Origin: a virus
Lineage: Duplodnaviria; Caudoviricetes
DNA length: 58,641 nt
IMG/VR virus record: IMGVR_UViG_3300022906_000004
Coordinates: 1 to 58,641 of that record
Direction: 5' to 3' (one strand)
In this document: piece after piece, positions 15,885-25,467 of the stretch
Numbering within the stretch: position 1 is the first letter of the stretch
Layout of the letters: each line of letters opens with the position of its first letter
The notes under the pieces: generated by a model
The model's input: the letters and a program-made list of their open reading frames with translations, nothing else
Database searches by the model: none
Told to the model about the DNA's origin: nothing
Made by a program: the position numbers and the translations under genes

Positions 15885-16706
15885 CTACTGCTCGGAGCCG
15901 GGAACCTTGGCGATGGCGTCGAGTGACGCCTGGGGGACCACGAGGACCGGACCCCACGCCTTGATCAGGGCAGGGCCGATCGGCGCTGGGATGTAGCACC
16001 GGAGCGCCGACGTGGGCTCGTCCTCGGCGGTCCTCAGCTCGGGGTCCAGCTTCACCGCGTAAGTGTGGGCGGACAGGTCGCCTCGCATCAGCACGACGTT
16101 GCTTGCCATGTCTTCGATCTCCTCCACTGTGGTGCCGACGACGCGGACGGCGTCCCTGAACTCGGTCATGTTGTAGGTCTTCTCCGGCGCGAAGCCGGGG
16201 TCCCACTTACCGGTGACGCTGGTCTCCGCGTGTGCCCGGATGCGCTCGACGTCGCCCCTGCCAACCACGTCTGCCACGGCGCGGCCCCAGATGACGGCTG
16301 TGCGGTGCTGCACTCCGAGCATCGGGACCGTGCCGGGGTAGACGACCTCCAGCCCCAGTACGCGCCGGTTGAAATTCTTCGTGACCGGTAGCGGCCCCAT
16401 CGACCGCCCGCCCGACTCCCCGGCATGGTTGGCCGGGTGTGCGGCGATGATGGTTACCGATCCGTCGTCGTTGCCCGCGTAGTTGCTCAGCGGGCCACGC
16501 AGGTCCGGCCTGCCGTTGATCAGCAGGTTGCCCACGCCGGTGCCCGGCATGGCAATCCCGAAACCGGTCGCGGTGTGGTGGATCAGGCCGCCCTCATAGG
16601 AGGACGTCTGGCCATTGCCCCGGTCCCGCCAGCCGGACGCCTCCCGAACGACGATCCCGGCGGCCCGCAACCGGGCGTTGACCTCCAGGCAGACAGCTAC
16701 GCTCAC
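15885..16706 (-). CDS. Endolysin, N-acetylmuramoyl-L-alanine amidase
   Basis: GWRDRG, IHHTA, GRPDLRGPL, ANHAG, GLEV, AHAE..GKWDP motifs. Confidence 0.85.
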   Translation of the reverse strand: MSVAVCLEVNARLRAAGIVVREASGWRDRGNGQTSSYEGGLIHHTATGFGIAMPGTGVGNLLINGRPDLRGPLSNYAGNDDGSVTIIAAHPANHAGESGGRSMGPLPVTKNFNRRVLGLEVVYPGTVPMLGVQHRTAVIWGRAVADVVGRGDVERIRAHAETSVTGKWDPGFAPEKTYNMTEFRDAVRVVGTTVEEIEDMASNVVLMRGDLSAHTYAVKLDPELRTAEDEPTSALRCYIPAPIGPALIKAWGPVLVVPQASLDAIAKVPGSEQ

Positions 16707-17125
16707 GACGTACGCGCCTCCTCGTGTCGAGTGTCGGGGGCTGGGCCCGCGTGAGCCCAGCCGTCGGGGCCGTACACGAGCCGCTGCATGGCGCCGTGGC
16801 TGCAGGCGACCTCGGCGACACGGGGGGCGCCGGTGGGCTTGGCCAGGTTCACGGTCAGCGCCACCCGCTTGGCTTCGATCAGGTCCACCTGCAGCCTCAT
16901 GGCCTCCGAGCGGACCAGCATGGCGTCCACCAGCACCGGCAAGAACAGCATGGCGACCAGGAACAGTAGCCCGGTCGCGACCCAGCTGAGCGAGGGGCCC
17001 ACGGCCAGGGATGCCAGCAGCACGCCAGACAGGACGCGCTCCGGCTTGGTCATCAGGCGGGCGAACTCGGCGAGACGCTGGACATACCCGCGCACCCAGA
17101 GCACGAGGGAATCGAGCGCGGTCAC
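16703..17125 (-). CDS. Membrane protein (possible lysis accessory)
   Basis: Two hydrophobic segments; coupled to the endolysin. Confidence 0.65.
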   Translation of the reverse strand: MTALDSLVLWVRGYVQRLAEFARLMTKPERVLSGVLLASLAVGPSLSWVATGLLFLVAMLFLPVLVDAMLVRSEAMRLQVDLIEAKRVALTVNLAKPTGAPRVAEVACSHGAMQRLVYGPDGWAHAGPAPDTRHEEARTS

Positions 17126-17913
17126 GGCTTCCTCCGAGGCGGGTCGAACGGGACGTTGCGACGGGACTTGCCGGTCACGTAGACGAGCCTGGTGCCGCCG
17201 AACAGCCGGTCAACTACGCGTTCGTCGTAGCGGGCCCAGATGTTCTCGCCGAACAGGTTCGTGGTGATGATGTTCGGGCGGCCGTTGGCGGCGCGGGACT
17301 GCGACAGCTTCATGAGCCGGTCGCCTTGGAAGTCCGTTTCCCGCTCGGCGCCGAAGTCGTCGAGCACCAGCACGGGCGCAAGCTCGAACTGCAGCATGTC
17401 CATGTCGAGGCCGTCATGGGAGGGCTTGACGGAGTCTACGAACTCCTGGGCGGTGCTGAAGGTGACGGGGATCGAGTCCTCGGTGAGCAGGATGCGGGCA
17501 ATGGCGGCGGCCGTCCACGTCTTGCCGGTCCCCTTCGGGCCCATGAGCACGAGGCCGGGCGGCACGGCGCCGGTGGCGCGGGCCTTCCGGAACTCGGCCA
17601 GCCAGGCCAGCACGGCGTCCGCCCAAGGCTCGTCGGGGATGCGCGCATTGCGGTAGATGGCGGGCAGGCGGGACGCGAGGATCTCCGCCTGGCGTTCGAT
17701 GCGCTCACGGTGCAGCTCGGCTTCCTTGGCTGCCAGCAGCTGGTCCGCGCGCTGTCGGTTGGCGGGGTTGGTCATGTCGATAGTGGCGGGATCAACGCCG
17801 CCGTGGCGTGCGGCGAGGTTGGCCACGACCTGGGAGATGGGCGCACGCGGCGTGGCCGCGCGCTTGCTGGCCCGTCGCTCTACCTCGGCGCGTAGCCGAG
17901 CGCTGTCGTCCAT
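17122..17913 (-). CDS. DnaC/IstB-like AAA+ helicase loader
   Basis: GPKGTGKT, LVLDDFGAE, IITTN, DRL; leaderless ATG after its own promoter. Confidence 0.9.
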   Translation of the reverse strand: MDDSARLRAEVERRASKRAATPRAPISQVVANLAARHGGVDPATIDMTNPANRQRADQLLAAKEAELHRERIERQAEILASRLPAIYRNARIPDEPWADAVLAWLAEFRKARATGAVPPGLVLMGPKGTGKTWTAAAIARILLTEDSIPVTFSTAQEFVDSVKPSHDGLDMDMLQFELAPVLVLDDFGAERETDFQGDRLMKLSQSRAANGRPNIITTNLFGENIWARYDERVVDRLFGGTRLVYVTGKSRRNVPFDPPRRKP

Positions 17914-17919
17914 GCCCCA

Positions 17920-17948
17920 ACCATACCCATCATCGCTATGGGGCACAA
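17920..17948 (-). promoter_or_regulatory. Family promoter (leaderless) for the DnaC-like gene
   Basis: TTGTGC-17 (CCCAT..ATGGG dyad)-TATGGT-6 nt-ATG. Confidence 0.6.
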
Positions 17949-17954
17949 CCGTAG

Positions 17955-18929
17955 TCACGCAACACCAACCTGCAGGTAGCGCTCACGCAGTGCCGTGACG
18001 GCCGGGTCGGCGGACAGCTGGGCCAGCTCGGCATCCTGCCGCCGGTCGCGCTCCACCCATCCGGGGTGATCTTCGGGAACGGCTGGCGTGTTGCCGCTGC
18101 CGGTCCGGCGCCTGCGGATCATCTTGACCTGCGTGGCGATGTTCGCCCAGTGACTCCGGCCCAGCTCGGCGGCGGCGGCCAGTAACTCCTCCTGGGTGGC
18201 CTCCTGCTTGCGCAACAGCGCGTTCGTGTCGCGGGCGATCCGACCTTTGTCCGCGCGCAGCGGCTCCTCGCCCTCGGCGTGGTGCTGGCGCCAGCTGTCG
18301 ACGTAGGCGGCGATCACCGCCTGAGCCCCCTGCGGCTTCCGCTGCTCCGCCGGAGGCGGCTCGGGACTCTCCACGTCGAACAGCTGGGCCTGAGCCGGGT
18401 CAGTGGCGATGGGCATCGGTTCCTCCTCGGGTGTCGCGTGACCCTCGATGGAGTCGGCGTCAGCCGCTCCCCCGGAGGGTTGGTCTTCTTCTCCAGTAGA
18501 GGAGTCCCTACGGGACCTGGTCTTCTTAGGTGGCGCAGATTTTGAGTACGCAGATTCTGCGCATGGGCCCGACGGTACGTCGTCGGCGGACAGCTGGGCC
18601 AGCTCGGCATCGGTGAAGGGGGTGTCACTCACCGCGTACGCGGTTCCGATGACGCGCCCGTTCTCGCGCACGATCTTGCTGGCCAGGTAGCCGTCCTGCG
18701 CGAGGTCGCGGAGGGCGGCGCGCACGGTGTTGACGGACAGGCCGGTGGCGGTCGCCAACTGGGCTTGCGTCTGGATATACCCGGCGGCGTGGGACAGCAC
18801 GAGGGCGCCAACGCGGAAGGCTCGCAAGCTGATCTTGGCGTCACGCACGAAGCTGTTGCGCAGGGTGGTGAAGTTCTTCAGCGGCCGGTGGTACCGGGTT
18901 ACGCCTACTGTCGAGAGGGGTGCTACCAT
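17955..18929 (-). CDS. Replication initiator, N-terminal HTH
   Basis: FTTLRNSFVRDAKISLRA..LATATGLSVNTVRAALRDL..GYL; adjacent to DnaC-like gene. Confidence 0.8.
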   Translation of the reverse strand: MVAPLSTVGVTRYHRPLKNFTTLRNSFVRDAKISLRAFRVGALVLSHAAGYIQTQAQLATATGLSVNTVRAALRDLAQDGYLASKIVRENGRVIGTAYAVSDTPFTDAELAQLSADDVPSGPCAESAYSKSAPPKKTRSRRDSSTGEEDQPSGGAADADSIEGHATPEEEPMPIATDPAQAQLFDVESPEPPPAEQRKPQGAQAVIAAYVDSWRQHHAEGEEPLRADKGRIARDTNALLRKQEATQEELLAAAAELGRSHWANIATQVKMIRRRRTGSGNTPAVPEDHPGWVERDRRQDAELAQLSADPAVTALRERYLQVGVA

Positions 18930-18950
18930 CGCCTCACTCACTTTCGTTGG

Positions 18951-18990
18951 GCCCCTCGGTGACTGGCAGGTCATAAGCCGAGGGGCTTTT
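18951..18990. terminator. Stem-loop in the rep leader (terminator/regulatory)
   Basis: GCCCCTCGG..CCGAGGGGC followed by TTTT on +. Confidence 0.5.
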
Positions 18991-19017
18991 CGTTTGTCCG
19001 GAGCCTACACCTGGTGA

Positions 19018-19431
19018 TCAGGTCGCCAGACCCACGTCTCGCGGTCGCCGCATGTAGCGGTGCGGCACGGACCAGTAGCCGGGGTCGCCGAGGAGCACCC
19101 AGCGCTGGAAGCGCTCGGGGAGCAGGCCGCCCAGGAGTACCGGCCACAGGATGGCCTCATAGTCAGGGGTGTGCTTGGGCACCAGGTAGCCCCTGTTCTG
19201 CGACCACTGCCGCCGCCCGTGCACCGAGTCGGGTCCGCCGTTGTGGACCGTCGGGTCCAGGGCCAGCAGGTTCCACAGCTCGTCCACGCCGCCCCGACTG
19301 GTGCCCCCCATGCCCTTGTTGCGTCGGTGGTGCATGTCGAAGGTGTCGTAGTCGAGCGGCTGGCCGCTGATCTCGCAACGGCCTTCGCAGCGCTCCCACA
19401 AGGGCATGCGCTGGTCACTGAGCTTGGTCAT
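19018..19431 (-). CDS. HNH endonuclease-like protein
   Basis: RCEGRCE, MHHRRNKGMGG, NLLAL..H..VH; leaderless ATG. Confidence 0.75.
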   Translation of the reverse strand: MTKLSDQRMPLWERCEGRCEISGQPLDYDTFDMHHRRNKGMGGTSRGGVDELWNLLALDPTVHNGGPDSVHGRRQWSQNRGYLVPKHTPDYEAILWPVLLGGLLPERFQRWVLLGDPGYWSVPHRYMRRPRDVGLAT

Positions 19432-19437
19432 GGCTCC

Positions 19438-19490
19438 ACGGTAGACTGTCGCCCGTGCACTTGTCACCCCATGCCGTTGTGGGGTAGATT
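19438..19490. promoter_or_regulatory. Divergent promoter pair at the strand switch
   Basis: + TTGTCA-18 (CCCCA..TGGGG dyad)-TAGATT; - GTGACA-18-TACCGT-6 nt-ATG. Confidence 0.65.
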
Positions 19491-19513
19491 GACCACCAGA
19501 GAGAGGAGGCAGC

Positions 19514-20149
19514 GTGGCAAAGGAACCAGACACCCACAACGTGGACGTCAGCATCCGAACCCTGGTCATGAGGGCGGCACGCAACCGCGTCCAGATGATC
19601 CGCCAGTTCGAGAAGGCCGCCACCGGCGTGGCTAGCACCACCATGGCGTCAGTAGGCAGGGAGATCCTGACCAACTGGAGGCCGGAGAAGACCAGAGCCG
19701 TTGGCAGGGTGCAAGGCGCACCCACGGACGCCGCAGGCAATCGGCTCACCGAGCGCGGACACCGCAAGTACACCAAGAGCGACATGGACGCGGTGCCCGA
19801 GTTCGACTCGGCAAACGGCACGCGCGCCGTACGCGCCGCGCAGCTGTTGAACCACCTCCGGCGCGTCTCCGACCCAGCACGCGGCACCACCCTCGGGCCC
19901 ATCGCGGCCGTCCGCAAGGTCATCGAAGCCGAGGGGCTGGCGGACTTCGAGATCCAGGACAAGACGCTGGACAAGCACCTCAGCGCGGCGGAACGCGCGG
20001 TGCTGAAGCCGCTGCGGTTCACGCTCCCCGAGAACGTGTACAGCAGGATCGTCGCCCGCCTGAACGACAACGGGTGCACCGTCACGCGGGCCCTGGAGGT
20101 CGGACTGGAAGAGTTCGCCCGCACCGGCAAGACCAACCCGGAAGGATGA
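19514..20149 (+). CDS. Putative DNA-binding regulator (possible ribbon-helix-helix repeats)
   Basis: GTG after GAGGAGG; first gene of the + operon; basic; PLRFTLPENVYSRI..TVTRALEVGLEEF resembles RHH. Confidence 0.6.
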   Translation: MAKEPDTHNVDVSIRTLVMRAARNRVQMIRQFEKAATGVASTTMASVGREILTNWRPEKTRAVGRVQGAPTDAAGNRLTERGHRKYTKSDMDAVPEFDSANGTRAVRAAQLLNHLRRVSDPARGTTLGPIAAVRKVIEAEGLADFEIQDKTLDKHLSAAERAVLKPLRFTLPENVYSRIVARLNDNGCTVTRALEVGLEEFARTGKTNPEG

Positions 20150-21681
20150 CACACCCGATGCCCGACCAGAACGACACGCCGCCCACTAAGCGCATGACCA
20201 CCGCCGAGGTGGCGGCACTCGCCCAGCAGATCGACAGCCGCCTGGACGACCTGTCCGCCGTCGTCACCGACGTCTCGACCCGACTGCAGGACATCGGGTC
20301 CGGCTCGACGTCCGGCGCCCCCACCGGCCCGACCGCCGACCAGGTGGATGCCCGCATCCACGAGGCACTGGAGCCCCTGCACGACGAGGTGCACACGCTG
20401 CGCGGCCAGCTGGCCGCCGTCGAGTCGCCCAGCGGCACCGGCATCGAAAGCAGCCTGGGCGCACGCCTGGACGGCACCCTGGCCCGCCTGGAGGACGTGG
20501 AGCGCAAGCTGGCGGCCACGGACCCCGGCGCGCTGGCGGAGCGTGTGGCCACCGAACTGCATCCAGCAGTCGCCGACCTGCGCAAGCGCCTCGACGCCGT
20601 CGAGGAGTTCGCCAAGACGCTCGACGCCGACCCCGTGTCGCACACCCTCGCCGAGGACGCGCTGGCCGACCAGGTGCAGGCCGCCGTGGACCGGGCCCTG
20701 GCCGACATCTCCACCGCGTCGGACGCCAACCACTCGCGCATGGAACAGCTCGTGCGCGAGTTCGCCGACCTGCGCCAGCACGTCGAGACGCACGGCACGC
20801 GCGTGACGAACGCCCTTGTCGCCGAGGTGGCAGCCTCCCTGCCCGCCAGCGTCGCCCCGACCGTCGGCGGCCTCGGCGCCTCCCGCAAGGTGCTGCAGGT
20901 GATGCGCGCCGTGACGCACATCGCCAAAGAGAAGGAAGCCAACCTGGGCAAGGGCGGCCGCTTCAACTTCCGGGGCGTCGATGACGCGATGGACGCGGTG
21001 GGCCACGCCATGCGCGAGGTCGGCCTGACGCTGTCCACGGAGATCCTCGACCGCGAGACCACCCTGACCCCGATCACCCAGTCGGGCACCGACAACGGGA
21101 AGCCCTGGGAGCGCACCGTGGTCTGGGCAACCAGCGTGGTCACCGCCCGCTACACCTTCATTGACCCCGAGGACGGCTCCACGCACCCGTTCGAGATGGT
21201 CGGCGAGGGCCGCGACTCCTCGGACAAGTCCACCAGCAAGGCCACGTCCATGGCGATCAAGTACGGCCTCTTTCAAGCGCTCATGATCCCCGTGAACGGC
21301 CTGGACGACGCGGACGAGGCCCCGCCGCAGACCATGGCCACCACCCAGCGCCCCGCCGACACGACCGCGAACCCGCGCCAGCAGACCAGCGCACCGGCGC
21401 CACAGTCGGAACGGGTCGGCGAGGAGAAAGCCGCACGTGGCCGCGACGCCCTGAACGCGATCCGCAACGTCTACCGCGTCGAGGGCGGCCCGCAGGCCCA
21501 GTACAACCGGCTGGTGCAGATCATGCAACAGGTCAGCTCCGAGGGGCTCCTGGACCTCGCAGTGGAGGGCTCGACGCTCAACCAGCACGGGGAGGCCGCG
21601 ATGCGGACCCTGCAGGCGCCACCGCCACCGGATGACGCCCGAGCGTCCACCGAGCCGCCCGAGCCTCCGGATGGCTACTGA
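20146..21681 (+). CDS. erf: ERF-family ssDNA-annealing protein with long N-terminal coiled coil
   Basis: FNFRGVDDAM, GEGRDSSDKSTSKATSMAIKYGLFQALMIP..DDAD motif. Confidence 0.8.
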   Translation: MTHPMPDQNDTPPTKRMTTAEVAALAQQIDSRLDDLSAVVTDVSTRLQDIGSGSTSGAPTGPTADQVDARIHEALEPLHDEVHTLRGQLAAVESPSGTGIESSLGARLDGTLARLEDVERKLAATDPGALAERVATELHPAVADLRKRLDAVEEFAKTLDADPVSHTLAEDALADQVQAAVDRALADISTASDANHSRMEQLVREFADLRQHVETHGTRVTNALVAEVAASLPASVAPTVGGLGASRKVLQVMRAVTHIAKEKEANLGKGGRFNFRGVDDAMDAVGHAMREVGLTLSTEILDRETTLTPITQSGTDNGKPWERTVVWATSVVTARYTFIDPEDGSTHPFEMVGEGRDSSDKSTSKATSMAIKYGLFQALMIPVNGLDDADEAPPQTMATTQRPADTTANPRQQTSAPAPQSERVGEEKAARGRDALNAIRNVYRVEGGPQAQYNRLVQIMQQVSSEGLLDLAVEGSTLNQHGEAAMRTLQAPPPPDDARASTEPPEPPDGY

Positions 21682-22424
21682 TGAGCCTCGACGACGAGGG
21701 TGTCGAGGCCCTGGCCGCTGGCGATCAGCCGACCGCGCAGCACTACGCCAGCCTCCTGCTTGCACGGGCCGTGTCGATCCTGTCGGCCGCCGGGCACTCG
21801 AACTGCCCGATGCTGAAGCAGGCCCGCTACGTGCCCGAGTCGGGCGCCGTGGTGTGCGGGTGCGGCGAGTTCGCCCCGTGGTCCGACGACCCGGAGCAGC
21901 CGCCATGGGAGCCGGATGTGCGCGGTGACGCCGTCGAGGCCCCGGAGATGGGTCTGCCCGCGCCCGGTCATCCCCGGGGCGGACACGATCTCCCCGTCGC
22001 GGCGGACCCGATTCAGGCCACCCTTGCGCTCATTGACCCGACCCAGATCTACACCCCCGAGGACGTCGAGCGGCACATCCTCGAAGTCCTCTACCGGCTG
22101 GAAGTCGGGGCCCTGTTCGAGCGCGAGACCATCGAAGCGGCGTCCGCCACCGAGACGGCCTTCAACCGCAAGTTCAACGCCGTCGTCGACAGCTCCGATC
22201 AGTCGTCCGCCGACCGGCGCAAAGCCGAGGCGATGGTCAAGGCCGACGCCGAATACGAGGCGATGATGCGCGCCAAGATGGTGAAGGAAGCCGTCAAGCA
22301 GACCATGCACAACCTGCGCGCCGTGCTCTCCGGCTACCAGTCCACCGCCCGATCCGTCGGCAGTACCTACCAGGCTGGCGGCTCCCAGGGTGCCCCACAG
22401 CAGCGGGACGGGCGTCCGTGGTGA
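21681..22424 (+). CDS. Hypothetical protein with helical C-terminus
   Basis: TGATG coupling to erf. Confidence 0.75.
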   Translation: MSLDDEGVEALAAGDQPTAQHYASLLLARAVSILSAAGHSNCPMLKQARYVPESGAVVCGCGEFAPWSDDPEQPPWEPDVRGDAVEAPEMGLPAPGHPRGGHDLPVAADPIQATLALIDPTQIYTPEDVERHILEVLYRLEVGALFERETIEAASATETAFNRKFNAVVDSSDQSSADRRKAEAMVKADAEYEAMMRAKMVKEAVKQTMHNLRAVLSGYQSTARSVGSTYQAGGSQGAPQQRDGRPW

Positions 22425-22524
22425 GCCGCGCGCGCCTGTGGTGGTGGCGCCTGCGGAAGCCCTCGCGCTACTTCCTGCACATGATCACACCGAACGTCCG
22501 GCGACCGCGCAAGAGGAGGTCCCG

Positions 22525-22953
22525 GTGAGCCGGTACCGGACCGGGAACAAGAACCCGCGCAACATCTACCTCGTGGACGACGACGGACACGAAGTGCACG
22601 TGGGCGTCATGTTCGACCCGCTCGACGGTCCGCGCACCGCGAGGGCGCTCAACCAGGTGATCAATGTCGCGCCGGAAACCAACGCGGCACCAGGGTTCGG
22701 CGCGGCACAGAGCGAGAGCGCCACGGTCATCGTCGTCGGCCCCTCTGGCACGTGGGTCTACGTCAACGCTCGTGCCGATCTGTCGACCGAAGCGGTGTAC
22801 GAACCGGGCGGTGGTCTCGTGGCGCCTCCACGCGTGCTCGGTCACGATTTCACCATCAGCGGCATCTGCGACTTCGTTACCTGGACGGCCGCAAGTCGCC
22901 GGGACGTCAACGAAAGCCTTGTCAACCACCCGACCGACCAGAAAGAAGGCTGA
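22525..22953 (+). CDS. Hypothetical protein
   Basis: GTG after GAGGAGG; RYRTGNKNPRNIY. Confidence 0.65.
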   Translation: MSRYRTGNKNPRNIYLVDDDGHEVHVGVMFDPLDGPRTARALNQVINVAPETNAAPGFGAAQSESATVIVVGPSGTWVYVNARADLSTEAVYEPGGGLVAPPRVLGHDFTISGICDFVTWTAASRRDVNESLVNHPTDQKEG

Positions 22954-22957
22954 CCAC

Positions 22958-23347
22958 ATGGGATGGTGCAGCGCAACAGAGATCATGGACGCCGCCGTGG
23001 AGGCGGCCGACCGCGCCGTCACGGCGGCCTGGCAACTCGCCAGCGGCAACGAGGGCGCACGGACGCCCGTGTTCGCCAACGCCCTGCAGGCGGACCCGAG
23101 CCTGCGCGCGAAGCTGGACGACGTGATGCGGCCGTTCGTCGCCGCCATCGCCGAGAAGTTGCGCGATGGGGACTGGGACTGCGTCGAGGAGTCCCACCAC
23201 TTCGACCGGTTCCGCCAGGAGATGCTCGGCCACAACGACGACGACATGGCCGAGTGGTACCGCGAGCAGCTCTCCGTATCCGTAGACCCCGACCTCGTTC
23301 GTGAATATGCACAGTGCATGGCCCAGATCCTGGAAAGGCGCCTCTGA
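22958..23347 (+). CDS. Hypothetical protein
   Basis: ATG after GAAGG; MGWCSATEIMD, DGDWDC. Confidence 0.7.
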   Translation: MGWCSATEIMDAAVEAADRAVTAAWQLASGNEGARTPVFANALQADPSLRAKLDDVMRPFVAAIAEKLRDGDWDCVEESHHFDRFRQEMLGHNDDDMAEWYREQLSVSVDPDLVREYAQCMAQILERRL

Positions 23348-23844
23348 TGGCTGGCGAGATCGTCGTCCACCTGGACGGCACCCTGGTGGCAGACCCCGAG
23401 CTGCGCTTCACGCAGTCCGGCGCAGCCGTCGTGAACGTGACGGTGGCCCAGAACGAGCGGCGCCTGAACAAGGAATCCGGCAAGTGGGAAGACGGCGACG
23501 CCGTCTTCCTGCGGTGCAACGCCTGGCGCCAGTTCGCCGAGAACATCGCCGAGTCACTCAGCAAGGGTGACCGCGTGCTCGGCTACGGGCGTCTCAAGCA
23601 GCGCTCATACGAGACCCGCGAGGGCGAGAAGCGCACCGTTTTCGAGGTGGAGCTGGAAGCCCTGGGCCCGTCGCTGAAGTTCCGCACGGCCACCGTGAAC
23701 CGGCCCGACCGATCGCAGTCGACCAGCGGCCAGGGCGGCGGCTACCAGAGCGGCTCCGCACCGGCCAACGACCCGTGGGGTTCCGCCCCGCCGCCGAGTC
23801 CGCAGGGTTGGGGCGGCGGGTTCTCGGACGAGCCGCCGTTCTAG
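23347..23844 (+). CDS. ssb: Single-stranded DNA-binding protein
   Basis: ADPELRFTQSGAAV, AENIAESLSKG, LKQRSYETREGEKRTV, C-terminal DEPPF. Confidence 0.95.
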   Translation: MAGEIVVHLDGTLVADPELRFTQSGAAVVNVTVAQNERRLNKESGKWEDGDAVFLRCNAWRQFAENIAESLSKGDRVLGYGRLKQRSYETREGEKRTVFEVELEALGPSLKFRTATVNRPDRSQSTSGQGGGYQSGSAPANDPWGSAPPPSPQGWGGGFSDEPPF

Positions 23845-23861
23845 GTCGAGGAGGAGAGAGT

Positions 23862-24392
23862 ATGAACGCACCGAAGTCGTTCGATTGGGCGCAGGCCGCG
23901 CGCACCACCCGCGAGGGCATGCAGGGGCAGCGGTTCGCCACCATCCTGTCGTCCGAGAACGCGCCAGGGACCCCCAACTGCAAGGTCATCATCACGATGG
24001 GGGCAGGAAAGGTGTCCAACCTGCACGTGCACCACGCCACGGACGTCTACGTCGATGTGATCGACTGCGGCCTGCAAGGTGTGCTCACACTGGCGGGCGA
24101 CCAGTTGCAACACGAGATCTGGACCTACCGGAACCAGACCCTGTGGATTCCGCGCGGCGTGCCGCACGTGGCCGTCTACCCGAGGTCCGAGGGCAACTCG
24201 CCGTCGCCGGACGTGTACGCGATCGAGACGCGCACGACGTCCTCGGCGGTGGCTGACGTGGTCCCGCTCGACGACATGGCTCCGCTGCTCATGAGGCGCC
24301 TGCGACAGCTGGGCCTTGCGGGCCTCGTGACGCCGTCTCCGCAGATGGCGGGTTACCGCCCGGACGAGTCGTCCTGTTTCCCGTCGCTGTAG
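23862..24392 (+). CDS. Cupin-domain protein
   Basis: LHVHH..D and LWIPRGVPH cupin motifs. Confidence 0.75.
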   Translation: MNAPKSFDWAQAARTTREGMQGQRFATILSSENAPGTPNCKVIITMGAGKVSNLHVHHATDVYVDVIDCGLQGVLTLAGDQLQHEIWTYRNQTLWIPRGVPHVAVYPRSEGNSPSPDVYAIETRTTSSAVADVVPLDDMAPLLMRRLRQLGLAGLVTPSPQMAGYRPDESSCFPSL

Positions 24393-24421
24393 CTGCGTGG
24401 AGGGTGGGCGCCAACCCCGTG

Positions 24422-24486
24422 TTGACACCCACCCTCTCCATGGGGTAACTTCGGTGCCACAGGGAACAACGACCACGGAGGACCCA
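24422..24486 (+). promoter_or_regulatory. Conserved promoter/operator/leader element
   Basis: TTGACA-18-TAACTT..GGAACAAC..GGAGGACC..GTG. Confidence 0.8.
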
Positions 24487-24783
24487 GTGACCATCACCCT
24501 CACCCCGCAGGCCCGGCAGGTCATCGCCGCCCGCGCCCAGCGTGCCCGCGCCCAGCTGGCCCACCTGGCCGACGCGGACGGCAACATGTTCACCGCGTTG
24601 GAGCTGGCGCGCATGGCCGACGTCGACGCGATCGACTTCGCCGACGCGTTCGGTCTCGACCTCGACCAGCAGCCCACCGTCTGCACCTCCCGCCGCATCC
24701 ACGACGCGCACGGCACGTGCAAGGGCCTGGACGCCGAGGGTGTCATCGACCTGGTCGACCGCATGCTGGACGACGCGCTGTGA
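24487..24783 (+). CDS. Hypothetical protein (cassette gene)
   Basis: GTG positioned by the leader. Confidence 0.75.
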   Translation: MTITLTPQARQVIAARAQRARAQLAHLADADGNMFTALELARMADVDAIDFADAFGLDLDQQPTVCTSRRIHDAHGTCKGLDAEGVIDLVDRMLDDAL

Positions 24784-25106
24784 GCGCCGGGAGCCGCATC
24801 GCGGAACGCTACCGCCAGTGGGACCCCAACCGGCTGCAGGATCTTCGCGAGGAGACCCGCAACCCCAGGGTCCTGGCCGCCATCGACATCGTGGTGGCCG
24901 AACGTAAGGCCGCCCACCAGGAGGCGTTCGACGCGACGCAGATCGTGCTCGACGCGACCGGCGGGCACTCCGCGCTGGACCTGCACGCCACCGCCATTGA
25001 CCGGTCCATCCGGCACTGGGACGCCGGTCGGTGGCTCGAAGCCGAACGCGCGATGGGTGTCGCCGACGCACTGTGGGACTACCTGCGCGAACGGTCCGAC
25101 ACCTGA
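24780..25106 (+). CDS. Hypothetical protein
   Basis: GTGA overlap. Confidence 0.7.
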   Translation: MSAGSRIAERYRQWDPNRLQDLREETRNPRVLAAIDIVVAERKAAHQEAFDATQIVLDATGGHSALDLHATAIDRSIRHWDAGRWLEAERAMGVADALWDYLRERSDT

Positions 25107-25222
25107 TGTGGATCTCACTCCACCTGAGCCTGACCGGAGCCGTGGCCGGGGGTGCGACGCTGTTCGCCCTCGGCTACGGCTTCGGCCGGTTCCACGACAC
25201 CCGACGAAAGAAGCGACCATGA
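25106..25222 (+). CDS. Small membrane peptide
   Basis: Coupled both sides; TM helix plus basic tail. Confidence 0.55.
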   Translation: MWISLHLSLTGAVAGGATLFALGYGFGRFHDTRRKKRP

Positions 25223-25467
25223 GCAACAACGTGACCCCTGACCAGGGTCTGAAACTGGCCGAAGACGGCCGCCTGCACACCGCCCAGTGCGTGAGCGAAG
25301 GGTGGTCCCTGCTCGACTGGGACGTGGACTGCGTGCGCGTCGGCGTCCCGTCCGGCGGCAAGGCGGCCGCCCTCGGGGAGCGCGCCCTGTTCGTCACGTC
25401 GCTGGCCGTGCTGCCGATCGTGACCACTGGCCTGGCGGTCGTCGAGCGGGTGCGCCGTGACCGATAG
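25219..25467 (+). CDS. Hypothetical protein
   Basis: ATGA overlap. Confidence 0.6.
   Translation: MSNNVTPDQGLKLAEDGRLHTAQCVSEGWSLLDWDVDCVRVGVPSGGKAAALGERALFVTSLAVLPIVTTGLAVVERVRRDR

Noticed and set aside
19432-21906. 962-aa minus-strand ORF 19018..21906
   Set aside because: Antisense shadow of the + strand regulator/ERF genes; only the last 137 aa (HNH, from 19431) look real
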